From Candidatus Poseidoniaceae archaeon (lineage in GTDB: Archaea > Thermoplasmatota > Poseidoniia > Poseidoniales > Poseidoniaceae), in NCBI GenBank assembly GCA_938075675.1, contig CALJHE010000003.1, positions 51,738 to 115,737 of the forward strand: a stretch of 64,000 nt of DNA, in the 5' to 3' direction. Position 1 is the stretch's first letter. Each line of letters opens with the position of its first letter. Position numbers and translations under genes: made by a program. Shown here piece by piece: positions 1 through 9,742 of this stretch. Under the pieces are notes generated by a model, which was not told where the DNA came from, did not search any database, and was given only the letters and a program-made list of their open reading frames with translations.

Positions 1-1561
1 TTAGTGAACCCGCAACAACTGCAGGGCCACGAAGAAACATCAGCGTTCCATGATACCATGTTCGTACAGGGTTCATATTCAGAAGTTGACATTGTTCGGT
101 ATATTTGGGGTCAAGAGTTCCATATGCAGGCAGCATGACTCGGACCACGAACGGCACTGTGAGGAGAACATGCGGGTAAACTGGAAGGAAGAACCAATTG
201 AACATTTGAGGGTACCATCGCAAGCCCCCAAGAAGAACACCTAAGCCGACCATCAATGCCGAAATGGCAAGAGGCAACATACAAAAAAGGTCCAGGCAGC
301 GTGAAGATTTCTTCCAACCTTGTGTGTCAAGTTTGTGAATGGTGGATGCCAATATCCAACCGAGTGGAAGCGCTATGAGGAGTGTAGCGAAGGCGTAGAT
401 GACAGAATTAAGCATAGCCTCGTTTACTCCCATGGTCGAGAGGTCTCCCGCCCACGCCTTCTTCCAACCTTGCAACGTCCATTCCGTTTGAACAGCCCCT
501 TCTGAGATTGTTCGGATTTGAAAAGATGATGTGAGCGTCGATAAAAATGGTAATGCTGTGAATACGATACTGAGCCCTAAAATGAACTTTGCTTTGTAAG
601 TAGGCGGCCCGTGATGTTCACGGACGCCTTGTTCACTAAGCAACGACAATCGGCGAGTGTAGCGCTTTTGTAACGAACCGGTGATCGCCAAAGTCAGCAA
701 CAGGATGAAAAATTGGATCAGTGCTACAGAGTATATCAGTTCACTTGAATCTACACGGTATCCTGCAATTCCTGCCGACGAACCTGCCTCTGCCATGAGT
801 GACTCGAGGGTATTGTTATTCGGTGTGAGCCATTTGACAAGTGCAAACGATGTGAAAGAAAAAAGAAAGCTTAACGCTCCAGCACACAAGACCGCTGGGC
901 CAAGAACCGGTACCCAAAGTGTTCGAAGACGCTTCATCTTGCTTTTCCCAGAAGGCAATACAGAGAGTTGTTCTTCCCATGCTGGGTCGAGAGTAGAGAG
1001 CGTTGGTTCGATAAAACGTATCATGAGTGACAGGTTAAACCATGCATGTGCGAGAATAAGGGCAAAAAAATGTCCCGGATGGTTCCATCCCGAGAGTTCA
1101 GCAAACGTCCCAACAATACCGGTTTCAAGTCGTAAATCTATTCCAATTTTTGAGAGCAAACCCCCGTCTCGGATGAGGCTTAAGAAGCCCATTGCGGCAA
1201 CAATTGCAGGTGTCACAAACGGAACGGCGAGAAAGGCGCGAACGATTCGAACTCTCCTCCATCGGTAACGGCTCAAACACCACGCAACCGGTAGTCCAAT
1301 GACGATTGTGAGCAAGGCAGATGCAAGCGCCTCAAAGAGAGTAAACTGGAGTGCTTCGGTAGCGCCATTGGCTGAATGAAATCGAAGTATGGCGTCTAAA
1401 GCGTCCCATTTCGTGACTTGATTCAGTCGGACAATGGCATAGATAAACGGAATTGTTGCTCCTAAAATGAAGAGGGTGACAACAACTGAACGCAGACCTC
1501 TCTCGCCGGGTACTACCATCGTCTTTGAAGACACATCGAAACCCCGATCACTGCGTGGCAT
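1..1561 (-). CDS. ABC transporter permease, two-domain (ThiP/FbpB-like), partial (C-terminus beyond window start)
   Basis: My own translation of the minus strand from ATG at 1561-1559 gives an uninterrupted reading frame to position 1 (about 520 codons). It has multiple TM helices and the two-lobed architecture typical of thiamine/Fe3+ ABC permeases. It sits 8 nt downstream of the substrate-binding protein gene. It is absent from the ORF track because no stop codon lies in the window. Confidence 0.6.
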   Translation of the reverse strand, partial: MPRSDRGFDVSSKTMVVPGERGLRSVVVTLFILGATIPFIYAIVRLNQVTKWDALDAILRFHSANGATEALQFTLFEALASALLTIVIGLPVAWCLSRYRWRRVRIVRAFLAVPFVTPAIVAAMGFLSLIRDGGLLSKIGIDLRLETGIVGTFAELSGWNHPGHFFALILAHAWFNLSLMIRFIEPTLSTLDPAWEEQLSVLPSGKSKMKRLRTLWVPVLGPAVLCAGALSFLFSFTSFALVKWLTPNNNTLESLMAEAGSSAGIAGYRVDSSELIYSVALIQFFILLLTLAITGSLQKRYTRRLSLLSEQGVREHHGPPTYKAKFILGLSIVFTALPFLSTLTSSFQIRTISEGAVQTEWTLQGWKKAWAGDLSTMGVNEAMLNSVIYAFATLLIALPLGWILASTIHKLDTQGWKKSSRCLDLFCMLPLAISALMVGLGVLLGGLRWYPQMFNWFFLPVYPHVLLTVPFVVRVMLPAYGTLDPKYTEQCQLLNMNPVRTWYHGTLMFLRGPAVVAGSL

Positions 1562-2681
1562 CTTGCCAATCAATCAACCATTGTTCCATGTTTTGCTCGA
1601 TGATTTCATCGGTAATTGAGGAGGCAGTATTTATTGTGTCTGAATGGTAACGGTAGCCGTTGGTTTCGGGCAGGTCACTACCCTCGATAACCGAGTACAT
1701 TGAATTGTATTCTGGCATGTTGACATTGACCTCTGGTGAAGTAAGGTATTCAATGAACTGTCTCGCAGCATCAATTTCAGCAGCGCCATGTATGACGCCA
1801 GTATATTCGACTTGATGGAACGACGACTTTGGTAGCGTGAGAGACGTCGAGTGTGTATAATTCTCGGCAAAATAGGCTTCAACACCAGGTGAATGGCAAT
1901 AGGACACCGTCATGTATGCTCCACCGATGTATCCTTCGGTGTATTCTCCGTAGCCACCCGTGTAGTAAGTTGTGTAAGATTCAGTCCATCCCGAAGTAAA
2001 GATTGCCCCATTGTCTGCGATGGCTTTCCACCATGTGGACATGTTGCCACGTTCTGAATTTGCTTCATCGGTGAAGTAATCGTATGTGGCCACTAAGAAC
2101 GCTCTACCTGGGGACGAAGTAATTGGCGATGGGAATGCTAACTTCCCGTTCCATTCTGGCTCTGTCAAATTCCAAAGGCTTGTAGGTACGCTCATGTTTG
2201 ATGTTTGCAATGCATCCTCGTCATAATTGAGGCATACATCTCCTTCATCGAACGGTAAAGCCAAGTCTCCGTCATAGAACTCTCGTGAAGATTGCGTCAG
2301 GTTTTCCGGTGTGATGTTATGCTCAATAAGTAAACAATTCTTGAGTGCCGTAGGGAGGTAGGTATTGTCTAAACCCAACATCAGGTCTGCCTGAGGTGCC
2401 ATTTGTGTCAGCATCATTTGGTCAAGGATTCCTCCGGCATCATCAGTTCGAATAATTTCGACTTGGATGCCAGTTTGATTGATGAACTGTTCAATGAGTT
2501 CATTCGAATATCCTTGGAATATATCGTAGGTTAGTATTTTCAATGTGCCATCTGAATCTCGTACTTGAACAGTTGATTCACACGCATTTTCATTTTCGAC
2601 ATTGGCAAGTTGTTCTGCCGTAAGGCAACCGCTGAGTGAAGCACACAGCAACATGCAGAGGACTGAGAGAATTGATTTCAT
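1548..2681 (-). CDS. ABC transporter substrate-binding lipoprotein (thiamine/Fe3+ binding family)
   Basis: ORF track 1548..2687 starts with GTG. An in-frame ATG at 2681 gives MKSILSVLCMLLCASLSGC, a signal peptide with a lipobox Cys. The periplasmic binding-protein fold is of the TbpA/FbpA type. It is adjacent to the permease and the ThiR-like regulator. Confidence 0.6.
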   Translation of the reverse strand: MKSILSVLCMLLCASLSGCLTAEQLANVENENACESTVQVRDSDGTLKILTYDIFQGYSNELIEQFINQTGIQVEIIRTDDAGGILDQMMLTQMAPQADLMLGLDNTYLPTALKNCLLIEHNITPENLTQSSREFYDGDLALPFDEGDVCLNYDEDALQTSNMSVPTSLWNLTEPEWNGKLAFPSPITSSPGRAFLVATYDYFTDEANSERGNMSTWWKAIADNGAIFTSGWTESYTTYYTGGYGEYTEGYIGGAYMTVSYCHSPGVEAYFAENYTHSTSLTLPKSSFHQVEYTGVIHGAAEIDAARQFIEYLTSPEVNVNMPEYNSMYSVIEGSDLPETNGYRYHSDTINTASSITDEIIEQNMEQWLIDWQDATQ

Positions 2682-2683
2682 GA

Positions 2684-3544
2684 TCACACAGCCTTGAGTA
2701 GTGCAGTAAGTTGGTGCGTTCTGTCAACCAATTCCAGAGGGTTGTGTGCCACGATGTAAAGCGTTGGCTCCCACCCAAAGTCACCCTCGTCGAGTAAAAC
2801 ATCAAACCGATTTGTTCCGCTTGTGATTTCGGCTTTTGGAGTCAGTGCGAATGCGTATCCTAGTTGTTCACATGCTTTGCGTACCTTATCCGTATCGACC
2901 GCTTGGTTTTTTATCGGTGGCCTAATATTCAATACCGAGGTTTTACTTTGTTCTCTTTGATGAATGTCAAGCAACAAGTTAGCGAGATGTTTCGATGCAC
3001 CAAAACTTGGGGTTTCATGATGGCGCAATACCCCGTCGACCATGGTGATGCGACCGGCGAAGGCAGCGACATCATTGGTTGAGGTCGCTCCAACGTTACA
3101 GGAAGCGATATTGAGCCCAACGGCAGGAATTGCTTGTTCAATACGACGTGCATCAAGTCTTCCAGCAGCCCACTCAAGCCGTCGAAGCAAAGCTCGTTGC
3201 TCCTGACCAGCATCCAAATCCAATCCTGTAAGCGTTTTGTCGTAGCGAAGTGTATTGTTTCCATTGAGTTGGAATTCAACAATGAGCCGTTGACGAAGCA
3301 CAGTACAACCCGGCCCTAAAGTGGATAATGCTTGCGATAACTCGTTCCCCCATCCATCGATGGTGGCTTCATCTGCACTTGCATTGAGTCGAATCGGAGG
3401 TTTCTGCATTTGACGTGATATCGTGCTCTGAGTCGAACCAAGAACTTCTGCGATTTCCGTCTGAGACCATCCCTTGGTCCGAAGATCTTTGGCCACATGT
3501 TGTTGCAATCTACCAATCCACTTGTCTCCCACTTGCCCGAGCAT
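2684..3544 (-). CDS. HTH + ThiN-domain transcriptional regulator (ThiR-like archaeal thiamine regulator)
   Basis: N-terminal HTH (GWSQTEIAEVLGSTQSTISRQ). ThiN-like motifs are present: IPAVGLNIAS, FGASKHLA, DFGWEPTLYIVAHNPLELVDR. The stop codon abuts the ABC substrate-binding protein gene (TGAtcATG). Confidence 0.55.
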   Translation of the reverse strand: MLGQVGDKWIGRLQQHVAKDLRTKGWSQTEIAEVLGSTQSTISRQMQKPPIRLNASADEATIDGWGNELSQALSTLGPGCTVLRQRLIVEFQLNGNNTLRYDKTLTGLDLDAGQEQRALLRRLEWAAGRLDARRIEQAIPAVGLNIASCNVGATSTNDVAAFAGRITMVDGVLRHHETPSFGASKHLANLLLDIHQREQSKTSVLNIRPPIKNQAVDTDKVRKACEQLGYAFALTPKAEITSGTNRFDVLLDEGDFGWEPTLYIVAHNPLELVDRTHQLTALLKAV

Positions 3545-3906
3545 GATGTCTGCTGTTCAAACATCTTATTCAATGTTGCTCAATAAATATGCGTTATGCA
3601 TGTATGATATTGGCATTTGTATGTACTTTCACGGCTGTTGAAACAAATCTTCGTCTTCTTTTCCTCTTCGAAGTTGTTTTTTTGGTATCTTTCCCGAGCC
3701 ATTGCTACTTCGTCGAGAATTTCTCTTCAAAATGAAAGATATATCCGTTTTATGACGCTCTATGGTCCGTTAAACATTTTGCATATATTTTCATTCATAT
3801 CCCATATTGGCTTTTATGACGAACTCGTACGTATGGTATTTTGCCCAATCCATATCTTTTGTTGAAGAACACTAAGAACCCCCCCCTGTTCGTAGTACTG
3901 ATACAG
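3545..3906. promoter_or_regulatory. AT-rich divergent promoter region (ThiR-like operon on minus strand / decarboxylase on plus strand) containing two direct CTGTTSAAACA copies
   Basis: About 360 bp, non-coding and AT-rich. CTGTTCAAACA at 3553-3563 and CTGTTGAAACA at 3635-3645. Confidence 0.35.
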
Positions 3907-5319
3907 ATGGAGTTGGAATCATTCATCGGGGCAATTGCCGACCGAATCATAGAATATCTCAATGCTTCTGATGAGCCAGGTAAGGTGTCAAATCCCGTTC
4001 CTCACACCTCTCTTGCAAAGACGAGTGACCTCAAATTGCCGCTCGAGGGTAACGGTACGGACGCAGTTTTGGACGATATTGATGCATACCTTTTGTCCTG
4101 TGTAAAGACCAACCGTCCGGAGTTTATGAATCCACTTTGGGGTGGAATTAACACCGCTGCACTCGCTGGCGAAATCATTTCTACACTTACGAACACCTCG
4201 ATGTACACCTACGAACTTGCACCACTTGCAACACTCATCGAGCAGACGCTTGTTCACCGCATGGGAGAACTGGTAGGATTCCTTGATGGCGCTGGTACGC
4301 TGACGACCGGTGGTTCAAACGGAAACATGCTTGGAATGCTTTGTGCCCGGCAAGTGATGGTGCCAACATCGACTCAAACCGGAATTGACGGCCGCTCACT
4401 TGTTGCATATGTTTCCAGTGAGGCTCATTATTCAGTTCTCATGGCCGCAAATGTGATTGGAATCGGACATCAAAACGTCATCAAAGTCGCCTGCGATTCC
4501 AACGGTTGTATGAAACCCGAAGCACTCCAAGACGAAATCAATCGGACCCGGCGTGAAGGACGGACACCTTTCTGCGTGATTTCAACTGCAGGAACAACCG
4601 TCCGCGGTGCTTTCGACCCGATTCGTCAAATTGGTGACGTTGCACATTCGGAGGGCATTTGGCACCACGTTGATGCAGCATGGGGCGGTTGCTCACAATT
4701 TTCAGCACAGCACAGTTCTCTCATGGATGGCGTTGAATTCGCTGACAGCGTATGTTGGGATGCTCACAAGATGATGGGGATTCCTCTCATCTGCAGTGCA
4801 TTTCTGGTCAAGGATTCTGAAGTGCTAGCCCGGGTATGCGCCCATGGTAATGTTGCCCATTACCTGTTTCACGAGGAGTCTCGAAACATTGACGCAGGAA
4901 GATATTCTCTGCAGTGCGGTCGACGCAACGATGCTCTCAAACTTTGGTTGGCATGGAGAGAGTGCGGTGATGCCGGTTGGGCTGCTCAAGTTGAACGATA
5001 CATGGAACTTGCATCTCACCTCGAGTCGCTGGTATTGGCCCACCCCCATCTTGAAATGATGTCAACACGGATGTGGACAAACGTGTGTTTCCGGCTCAAT
5101 CCAGATGGATTCGACGGTGATCTCAATGAACTTAATTCTGAGGTCCGTAAACGGGTAATGCATAACGGCAATTTCATGGTTAGCCGTTCGAACATCGGTG
5201 AAGATGTCATTTTCCGTGCCGTCATAGCAAACCCGAAGATTAGCAGTGAGTCTTTAGAACGTCTTGTGGAAGAAATCTCATTGTTGAATGAAGAAGTCGT
5301 ACGGGGCTTGCCGAGCTAA
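3907..5319 (+). CDS. PLP-dependent group II amino-acid decarboxylase (GAD/CSAD/DABA-decarboxylase-like)
   Basis: Motifs HVDAAWGG and SVCWDAHK (PLP lysine). ORF track start 3841 is TTG. The first in-frame ATG (MELESF...) is at 3907. Confidence 0.7.
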   Translation: MELESFIGAIADRIIEYLNASDEPGKVSNPVPHTSLAKTSDLKLPLEGNGTDAVLDDIDAYLLSCVKTNRPEFMNPLWGGINTAALAGEIISTLTNTSMYTYELAPLATLIEQTLVHRMGELVGFLDGAGTLTTGGSNGNMLGMLCARQVMVPTSTQTGIDGRSLVAYVSSEAHYSVLMAANVIGIGHQNVIKVACDSNGCMKPEALQDEINRTRREGRTPFCVISTAGTTVRGAFDPIRQIGDVAHSEGIWHHVDAAWGGCSQFSAQHSSLMDGVEFADSVCWDAHKMMGIPLICSAFLVKDSEVLARVCAHGNVAHYLFHEESRNIDAGRYSLQCGRRNDALKLWLAWRECGDAGWAAQVERYMELASHLESLVLAHPHLEMMSTRMWTNVCFRLNPDGFDGDLNELNSEVRKRVMHNGNFMVSRSNIGEDVIFRAVIANPKISSESLERLVEEISLLNEEVVRGLPS

Positions 5320-5367
5320 AGACTGCTTAACTGTAAACGACATTTTTTGAACCAAGTGCTGAGATGT

Positions 5368-7020
5368 ATGGCTATGGAGGAGATTCCGCAGGCCACATTG
5401 TGGCAACGCTTCTATGACAGCGTTGGTTTTTTCATTGTGGCTTTCTTTGGAGGGCTGTTTTTATCGGTCATAGAGCCAGTATTGCTGTCTCTCACTGGAT
5501 CGGATGTGAGCGATGCAATCTGGCCATATGCATATCGAACGCTCCAATGGACTATGTTTCTTCGGGGAAACCTCTTCCTCTTCACACTCGGTAGCAGTTT
5601 GCTCATGTTTGTCACATTTCTTGTTCTTCAACGGCATGTGAAGAGCCGTGAAAACCCCCGATGGGCAAACGGAATTGGTTTGTGCCTGCTCGGACTTCTC
5701 AGCGGCTTCATCGTTCTGTTTTTTGCCCTTGATGTGTTTTACCTGCGAGGAGCATTCCTTCTTTTGCCTACATCATATGGTTTCCTTTTGTTTGCATTGT
5801 TGCTTATGGTTGGCGGTATCCCGCATATTCCTCGCGATTCATCGAAGGCTCGATTGAGTAAACATGTCGTACACATAGCTGGTGTCTTCTTTGCTGCGTG
5901 GTTGGTCATGCCCGGTATACCTGCATTGATCGGCATGGCTCCTTCACCTCCAGCCGCTCCAACGCTTGGTTACGGTGCTGAACCAGGGCCGTTTGAAACT
6001 TCGATGTCCATTCACCCCTATACGATGCCAGATGCGGTCGCAGAAATTCAAGATTCAAGCGAGGCAGACATCGACTTCTCAATTTATTTGACCTTGCCTA
6101 CACTCCCCGACGATATCGTTCTGGATTCAGTGCCGCTCGCCATACTGACCCACGGTTGGGGTTACCCAACCTACGAAGAATACACAGATTGGATTGCTCA
6201 CCTCTCTGCCAAAGGTATGGCTGTTGCCTTCATACAATATCCATCTGACATCAGTCCTGTCATCCCCGACGGTTTCGAAGCAACGGACATCGAGGGTGCA
6301 TCGAACTGGCCACATCACGCTTATCGTGCGCTTGCATTCACTGCTGCTTTTGATGAAATTGAGCGGGTTGCGTTTGGAGCGAACCGCTCTGCAGTGGTCA
6401 ATCAAGTTCTTGGCAACCATTCCATTGACCCATCGCATCTATGGATCGGCGGGCACAGTCTCGGAGGGGCTTATGTGTTTTTGAGTTTGTATGAATCCCT
6501 CGAACGCAATTGGGGGAACGAGACGCTCTTCCTCGATTTTGAATCCGCATGGACGCGTCCAAGTCATCCCGAATTGCAACCCAACATGTCAAGATTACCG
6601 GACTCGACCATGATTCATTTTGCTCAGGGCATTGACGACATGTCTGTCGATTCATGCTACAGCGTCCATCATCAAGCCGTCTTCTCTATGCTTCCTCAAG
6701 AGCATGTATTGTTCATTGAACTACAGAGTGACTTGTACGGTTTCCCGCGTCTGGTTGGTACACACTACCTCCCAACCAATTCCGTTCACGACACGCTGGC
6801 CGATTGGGGTATCTATCGTCGCATCGATGCACAGGCAGATTGGGTTGTTGCTCGAAGCCGTGGTGATGTGTTCACTGAGTCATGGGCCTACGAGCATCTT
6901 TTGAATACTCCAGTTCTCACCGATATGGGTAAATGGTCTGATGGGCAGGATGTCTTGCCATTACTGATTCATCATGAAGCACTCACGATGAATGAAAAGT
7001 TTGCCCATTGTAGGACTTGA
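5368..7020 (+). CDS. membrane-anchored alpha/beta-fold hydrolase (putative esterase/lipase)
   Basis: About 190 aa of N-terminal TM helices, then a hydrolase domain with a GHSLGG nucleophile elbow. Track start 5347 is TTG. In-frame ATGs lie at 5368 and 5374. Confidence 0.5.
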   Translation: MAMEEIPQATLWQRFYDSVGFFIVAFFGGLFLSVIEPVLLSLTGSDVSDAIWPYAYRTLQWTMFLRGNLFLFTLGSSLLMFVTFLVLQRHVKSRENPRWANGIGLCLLGLLSGFIVLFFALDVFYLRGAFLLLPTSYGFLLFALLLMVGGIPHIPRDSSKARLSKHVVHIAGVFFAAWLVMPGIPALIGMAPSPPAAPTLGYGAEPGPFETSMSIHPYTMPDAVAEIQDSSEADIDFSIYLTLPTLPDDIVLDSVPLAILTHGWGYPTYEEYTDWIAHLSAKGMAVAFIQYPSDISPVIPDGFEATDIEGASNWPHHAYRALAFTAAFDEIERVAFGANRSAVVNQVLGNHSIDPSHLWIGGHSLGGAYVFLSLYESLERNWGNETLFLDFESAWTRPSHPELQPNMSRLPDSTMIHFAQGIDDMSVDSCYSVHHQAVFSMLPQEHVLFIELQSDLYGFPRLVGTHYLPTNSVHDTLADWGIYRRIDAQADWVVARSRGDVFTESWAYEHLLNTPVLTDMGKWSDGQDVLPLLIHHEALTMNEKFAHCRT

Positions 7021-7073
7021 ATTCCATGTTCCCCCTTGCTTGAGTTTAAGGAGCGGCTTTCATTGCGCAATTC

Positions 7074-8192
7074 ATGAGCGATACAGCACCGGTTCGAACC
7101 GCGCTTTTCGATGAACACGTTGCCCTTGACGCAAATCTAGTTGACTTTCATGGATTTGAATTACCAATTTGGTATACGAGTATCAAGGAAGAGCACATTG
7201 CAACTCGGGAAACTGCAGGTCTATTCGATGTATCTCACATGGGTTCGTTTCGATTCAGTGGCGAGAATGTCAAAGTGTGGATGGAATCATTGGCGACTCA
7301 ACGCGTGACGTCTATTCAAGCACCTCGTTGCGCATACACGCATTTCCTCGATGAAAACGGCCATCTCATCGATGACATGATCTTTGCAGTCGTCTCTGAA
7401 ACTGAACTCCTCGGTGTGCCGAACGCATCCATGATTGGTGTCATGTGGGATTGGTTCACCTCCCACTTGCCGAAAGATGGTTCGATTGTATTGGAAGACT
7501 TATCCGATGAAATGTCCATTATGGCTCTCCAGGGCCCAAGTGCCAAGGAGCAACTCTGCCAAGTGTTGGGTGATTCCAATCATGTTGGTCGATTCAAATG
7601 GCAACGTCTTGGAGAGAACCCGCTCGGCGTTGAAGGTTGGATTCAGGGGACTGGGTACACCGGTGAAGCAGGCTATGAAATATTTGTTCCGAACAACCAA
7701 GCTCCACTCCTTTGGCGACACCTCATTGCAGCAGGTTCGGTACCTGTTGGCTTAGGTGCTCGCGATACACTTCGGCTTGAGAAAGGATTCTTGCTTTCAG
7801 GTGTCGATTTCTGCTGGCCTCCACTGTCTGAGGTTGAAGATGCCTCTTTCCTCACTCGCGATTCATGGGAAACTCATGTGCCGTTTGGTTTAGATTTGGA
7901 GCATGAGTTCGTTGGAAAACATCGCGTCACTGGTCACGATGAAGGTGATGCACGGTGGTGGGGCATTCGATATCTCGAAAAGGGCCCGTTGCCTCGACCC
8001 GGTAAAGAAGTGACAACCCTCGATGGAGATTCACTTGGGACACTTTCATCCGGTGCTCCGGCTCCAAGTCTTGACAACGTCGGAATCGGAATCGGATACC
8101 TTCATTCTGTTCACGAAGGTGACGAGGTTTTGATAGTTGCCAGCCCAAGAAAATCAGTGAAGGCAGTCGTTGTTCGACCACCTTTCGTTTGA
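7074..8192 (+). CDS. gcvT: glycine cleavage system T protein (aminomethyltransferase)
   Basis: FDVSHMGSFRFSGEN signature, about 370 aa, directly followed by the gcvP subunits. Confidence 0.85.
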   Translation: MSDTAPVRTALFDEHVALDANLVDFHGFELPIWYTSIKEEHIATRETAGLFDVSHMGSFRFSGENVKVWMESLATQRVTSIQAPRCAYTHFLDENGHLIDDMIFAVVSETELLGVPNASMIGVMWDWFTSHLPKDGSIVLEDLSDEMSIMALQGPSAKEQLCQVLGDSNHVGRFKWQRLGENPLGVEGWIQGTGYTGEAGYEIFVPNNQAPLLWRHLIAAGSVPVGLGARDTLRLEKGFLLSGVDFCWPPLSEVEDASFLTRDSWETHVPFGLDLEHEFVGKHRVTGHDEGDARWWGIRYLEKGPLPRPGKEVTTLDGDSLGTLSSGAPAPSLDNVGIGIGYLHSVHEGDEVLIVASPRKSVKAVVVRPPFV

Positions 8193-8365
8193 ATTTCAAC
8201 ACAGCGAGCAAGCGTTGGTAACCACCATTGCTATGCTCGCCATGGTTGGACGAAGTAACGCCAGAACATGAGGTATTCGGCGAAGTAGAACCATCGTTCC
8301 GAAGAGCGATTATTAAGGGCGTCTCGCGCTTGGTTTAAGTTACACCCGAAGGAGAGAGTGATGAT

Positions 8366-9742
8366 ATGGTCGACCAATTACCGAACTTGGGGCGAGAAGC
8401 CGAAATGCTTGCAGCAATGGGCATGACTTCCATCGAGGAGTTGTTCGCAGATATTCCATCTGAAGTTCGTATGAAAGACGACCTTCCTCTACCGCCACCA
8501 CAATCCGAAGAAGAGATTCTCTCTGACGCACGCAGATTGCTGGGCTCAAATGTGGCACTCGGTGAACGGGTCTCGTTTTTGGGTGCTGGGTTGTACCGCA
8601 ATTATGTCCCAGCTTCCGTGTTTCAATTGGTGACACGTGGTGAGTTTCTCACTGCTTACACGCCTTACCAGCCTGAAGTCAGCCAGGGGATGCTACAGGC
8701 TATGTGGGAGTTTCAAACGCTCATCTCTGAATTGGTCGGTTTGCCTATTGCGAACCTTTCACTCTACGATGGTTCAACCGCTGCGGCTGAGGCATTGACC
8801 TGCAGTGTCCGAGTACATACTCGTAAAGCAACTCAAAAGGATACCGTCTATGTCTCAGAATTGACACCACCCGACCGACTCTCAGTGATGCAAAATTACT
8901 GCCAAGGGGCGGAGATAAAAATCAAATTACTCCGACACAATGACGACGGAACGCTGGACATGGACTCAGTATCCGATGCTGTCGGCTCATGCGGGGTCTA
9001 TGTTGAGCAACCAAACCCACTGGGTCTTCTCGACGGAGGAGTGACTCAACTCAAGGAAATCCTCGGTGAACATACCGCTCTTATCGTTGCAGTTCAGCCT
9101 GTTTCACTCGGTTTGGTGGAAGCCCCAGGACATTATGGCGCTGACATTGTCGTTGGTGAAGGGCAACCATTGGGCAGCCCAATCACTGGCGGCGGGCCAA
9201 TTTACGGAATATTCGCTTGCTCCAAGCCCTATCTGCGGTTAATGCCAGGGCGGATTGTCGGTCGAAGCATCGACGTTGATGGGAAAACTGCTTACTGCCT
9301 CACTCTTTCGACTCGCGAGCAACACATCCGACGTCACAGGGCAACTTCGAACATTTGTACCAACGAAACGCTGATTGCACTCATGGGTGCAATGCACATG
9401 GCGCTTCTCGGACCAGAAGGACTCCACGACCTTGCAGTACGAAACATGACTGCATGCATCATGGGTAAACAAAAACTGTCAACCATCGATGGCGTTCGCA
9501 TGCCTCACTCCAGTGGCGACCATTTCAATGAATTCGCAATTGAGTTGCCAGGTGATACAAAAGATTGCTTGGAGTATCTCGATTCAGTGGGCATCGTCGG
9601 CGGTTTCAATCTCTCATCATGGTATCCTGAACGGACAAATTGGATGCTCGTTACGTTCACAGACCAGACTCAGGCCAATCACATCGACCTCTTGGTTCGG
9701 CATCTTCGTGAATGGATTTCAACATTGGAGGTGGCTGCATGA
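8366..9742 (+). CDS. gcvPA: glycine dehydrogenase (decarboxylating) subunit 1
   Basis: About 458 aa, PLP-dependent P-protein N-terminal half. Its stop overlaps the start of the next gene (ATGA). Confidence 0.85.
   Translation: MVDQLPNLGREAEMLAAMGMTSIEELFADIPSEVRMKDDLPLPPPQSEEEILSDARRLLGSNVALGERVSFLGAGLYRNYVPASVFQLVTRGEFLTAYTPYQPEVSQGMLQAMWEFQTLISELVGLPIANLSLYDGSTAAAEALTCSVRVHTRKATQKDTVYVSELTPPDRLSVMQNYCQGAEIKIKLLRHNDDGTLDMDSVSDAVGSCGVYVEQPNPLGLLDGGVTQLKEILGEHTALIVAVQPVSLGLVEAPGHYGADIVVGEGQPLGSPITGGGPIYGIFACSKPYLRLMPGRIVGRSIDVDGKTAYCLTLSTREQHIRRHRATSNICTNETLIALMGAMHMALLGPEGLHDLAVRNMTACIMGKQKLSTIDGVRMPHSSGDHFNEFAIELPGDTKDCLEYLDSVGIVGGFNLSSWYPERTNWMLVTFTDQTQANHIDLLVRHLREWISTLEVAA

Noticed and set aside
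681-1268. 195-aa plus-strand ORF in the ORF track
   Set aside because: It lies entirely antisense to the uninterrupted ABC permease reading frame (1..1561, minus) and has no recognisable motifs. Treated as spurious.
2684-2687. 4-nt overlap between the ThiR-like gene and the substrate-binding protein gene as listed in the ORF track
   Set aside because: Track start 2687 is GTG. The in-frame ATG at 2681 gives a proper signal peptide and removes the overlap.
8193-8365. Possible glycine riboswitch in the gcvT-gcvPA gap
   Set aside because: Glycine riboswitches are bacterial and normally precede gcvT. I could not recognise the conserved P1/P3 aptamer features by eye. Kept only as a low-priority check.
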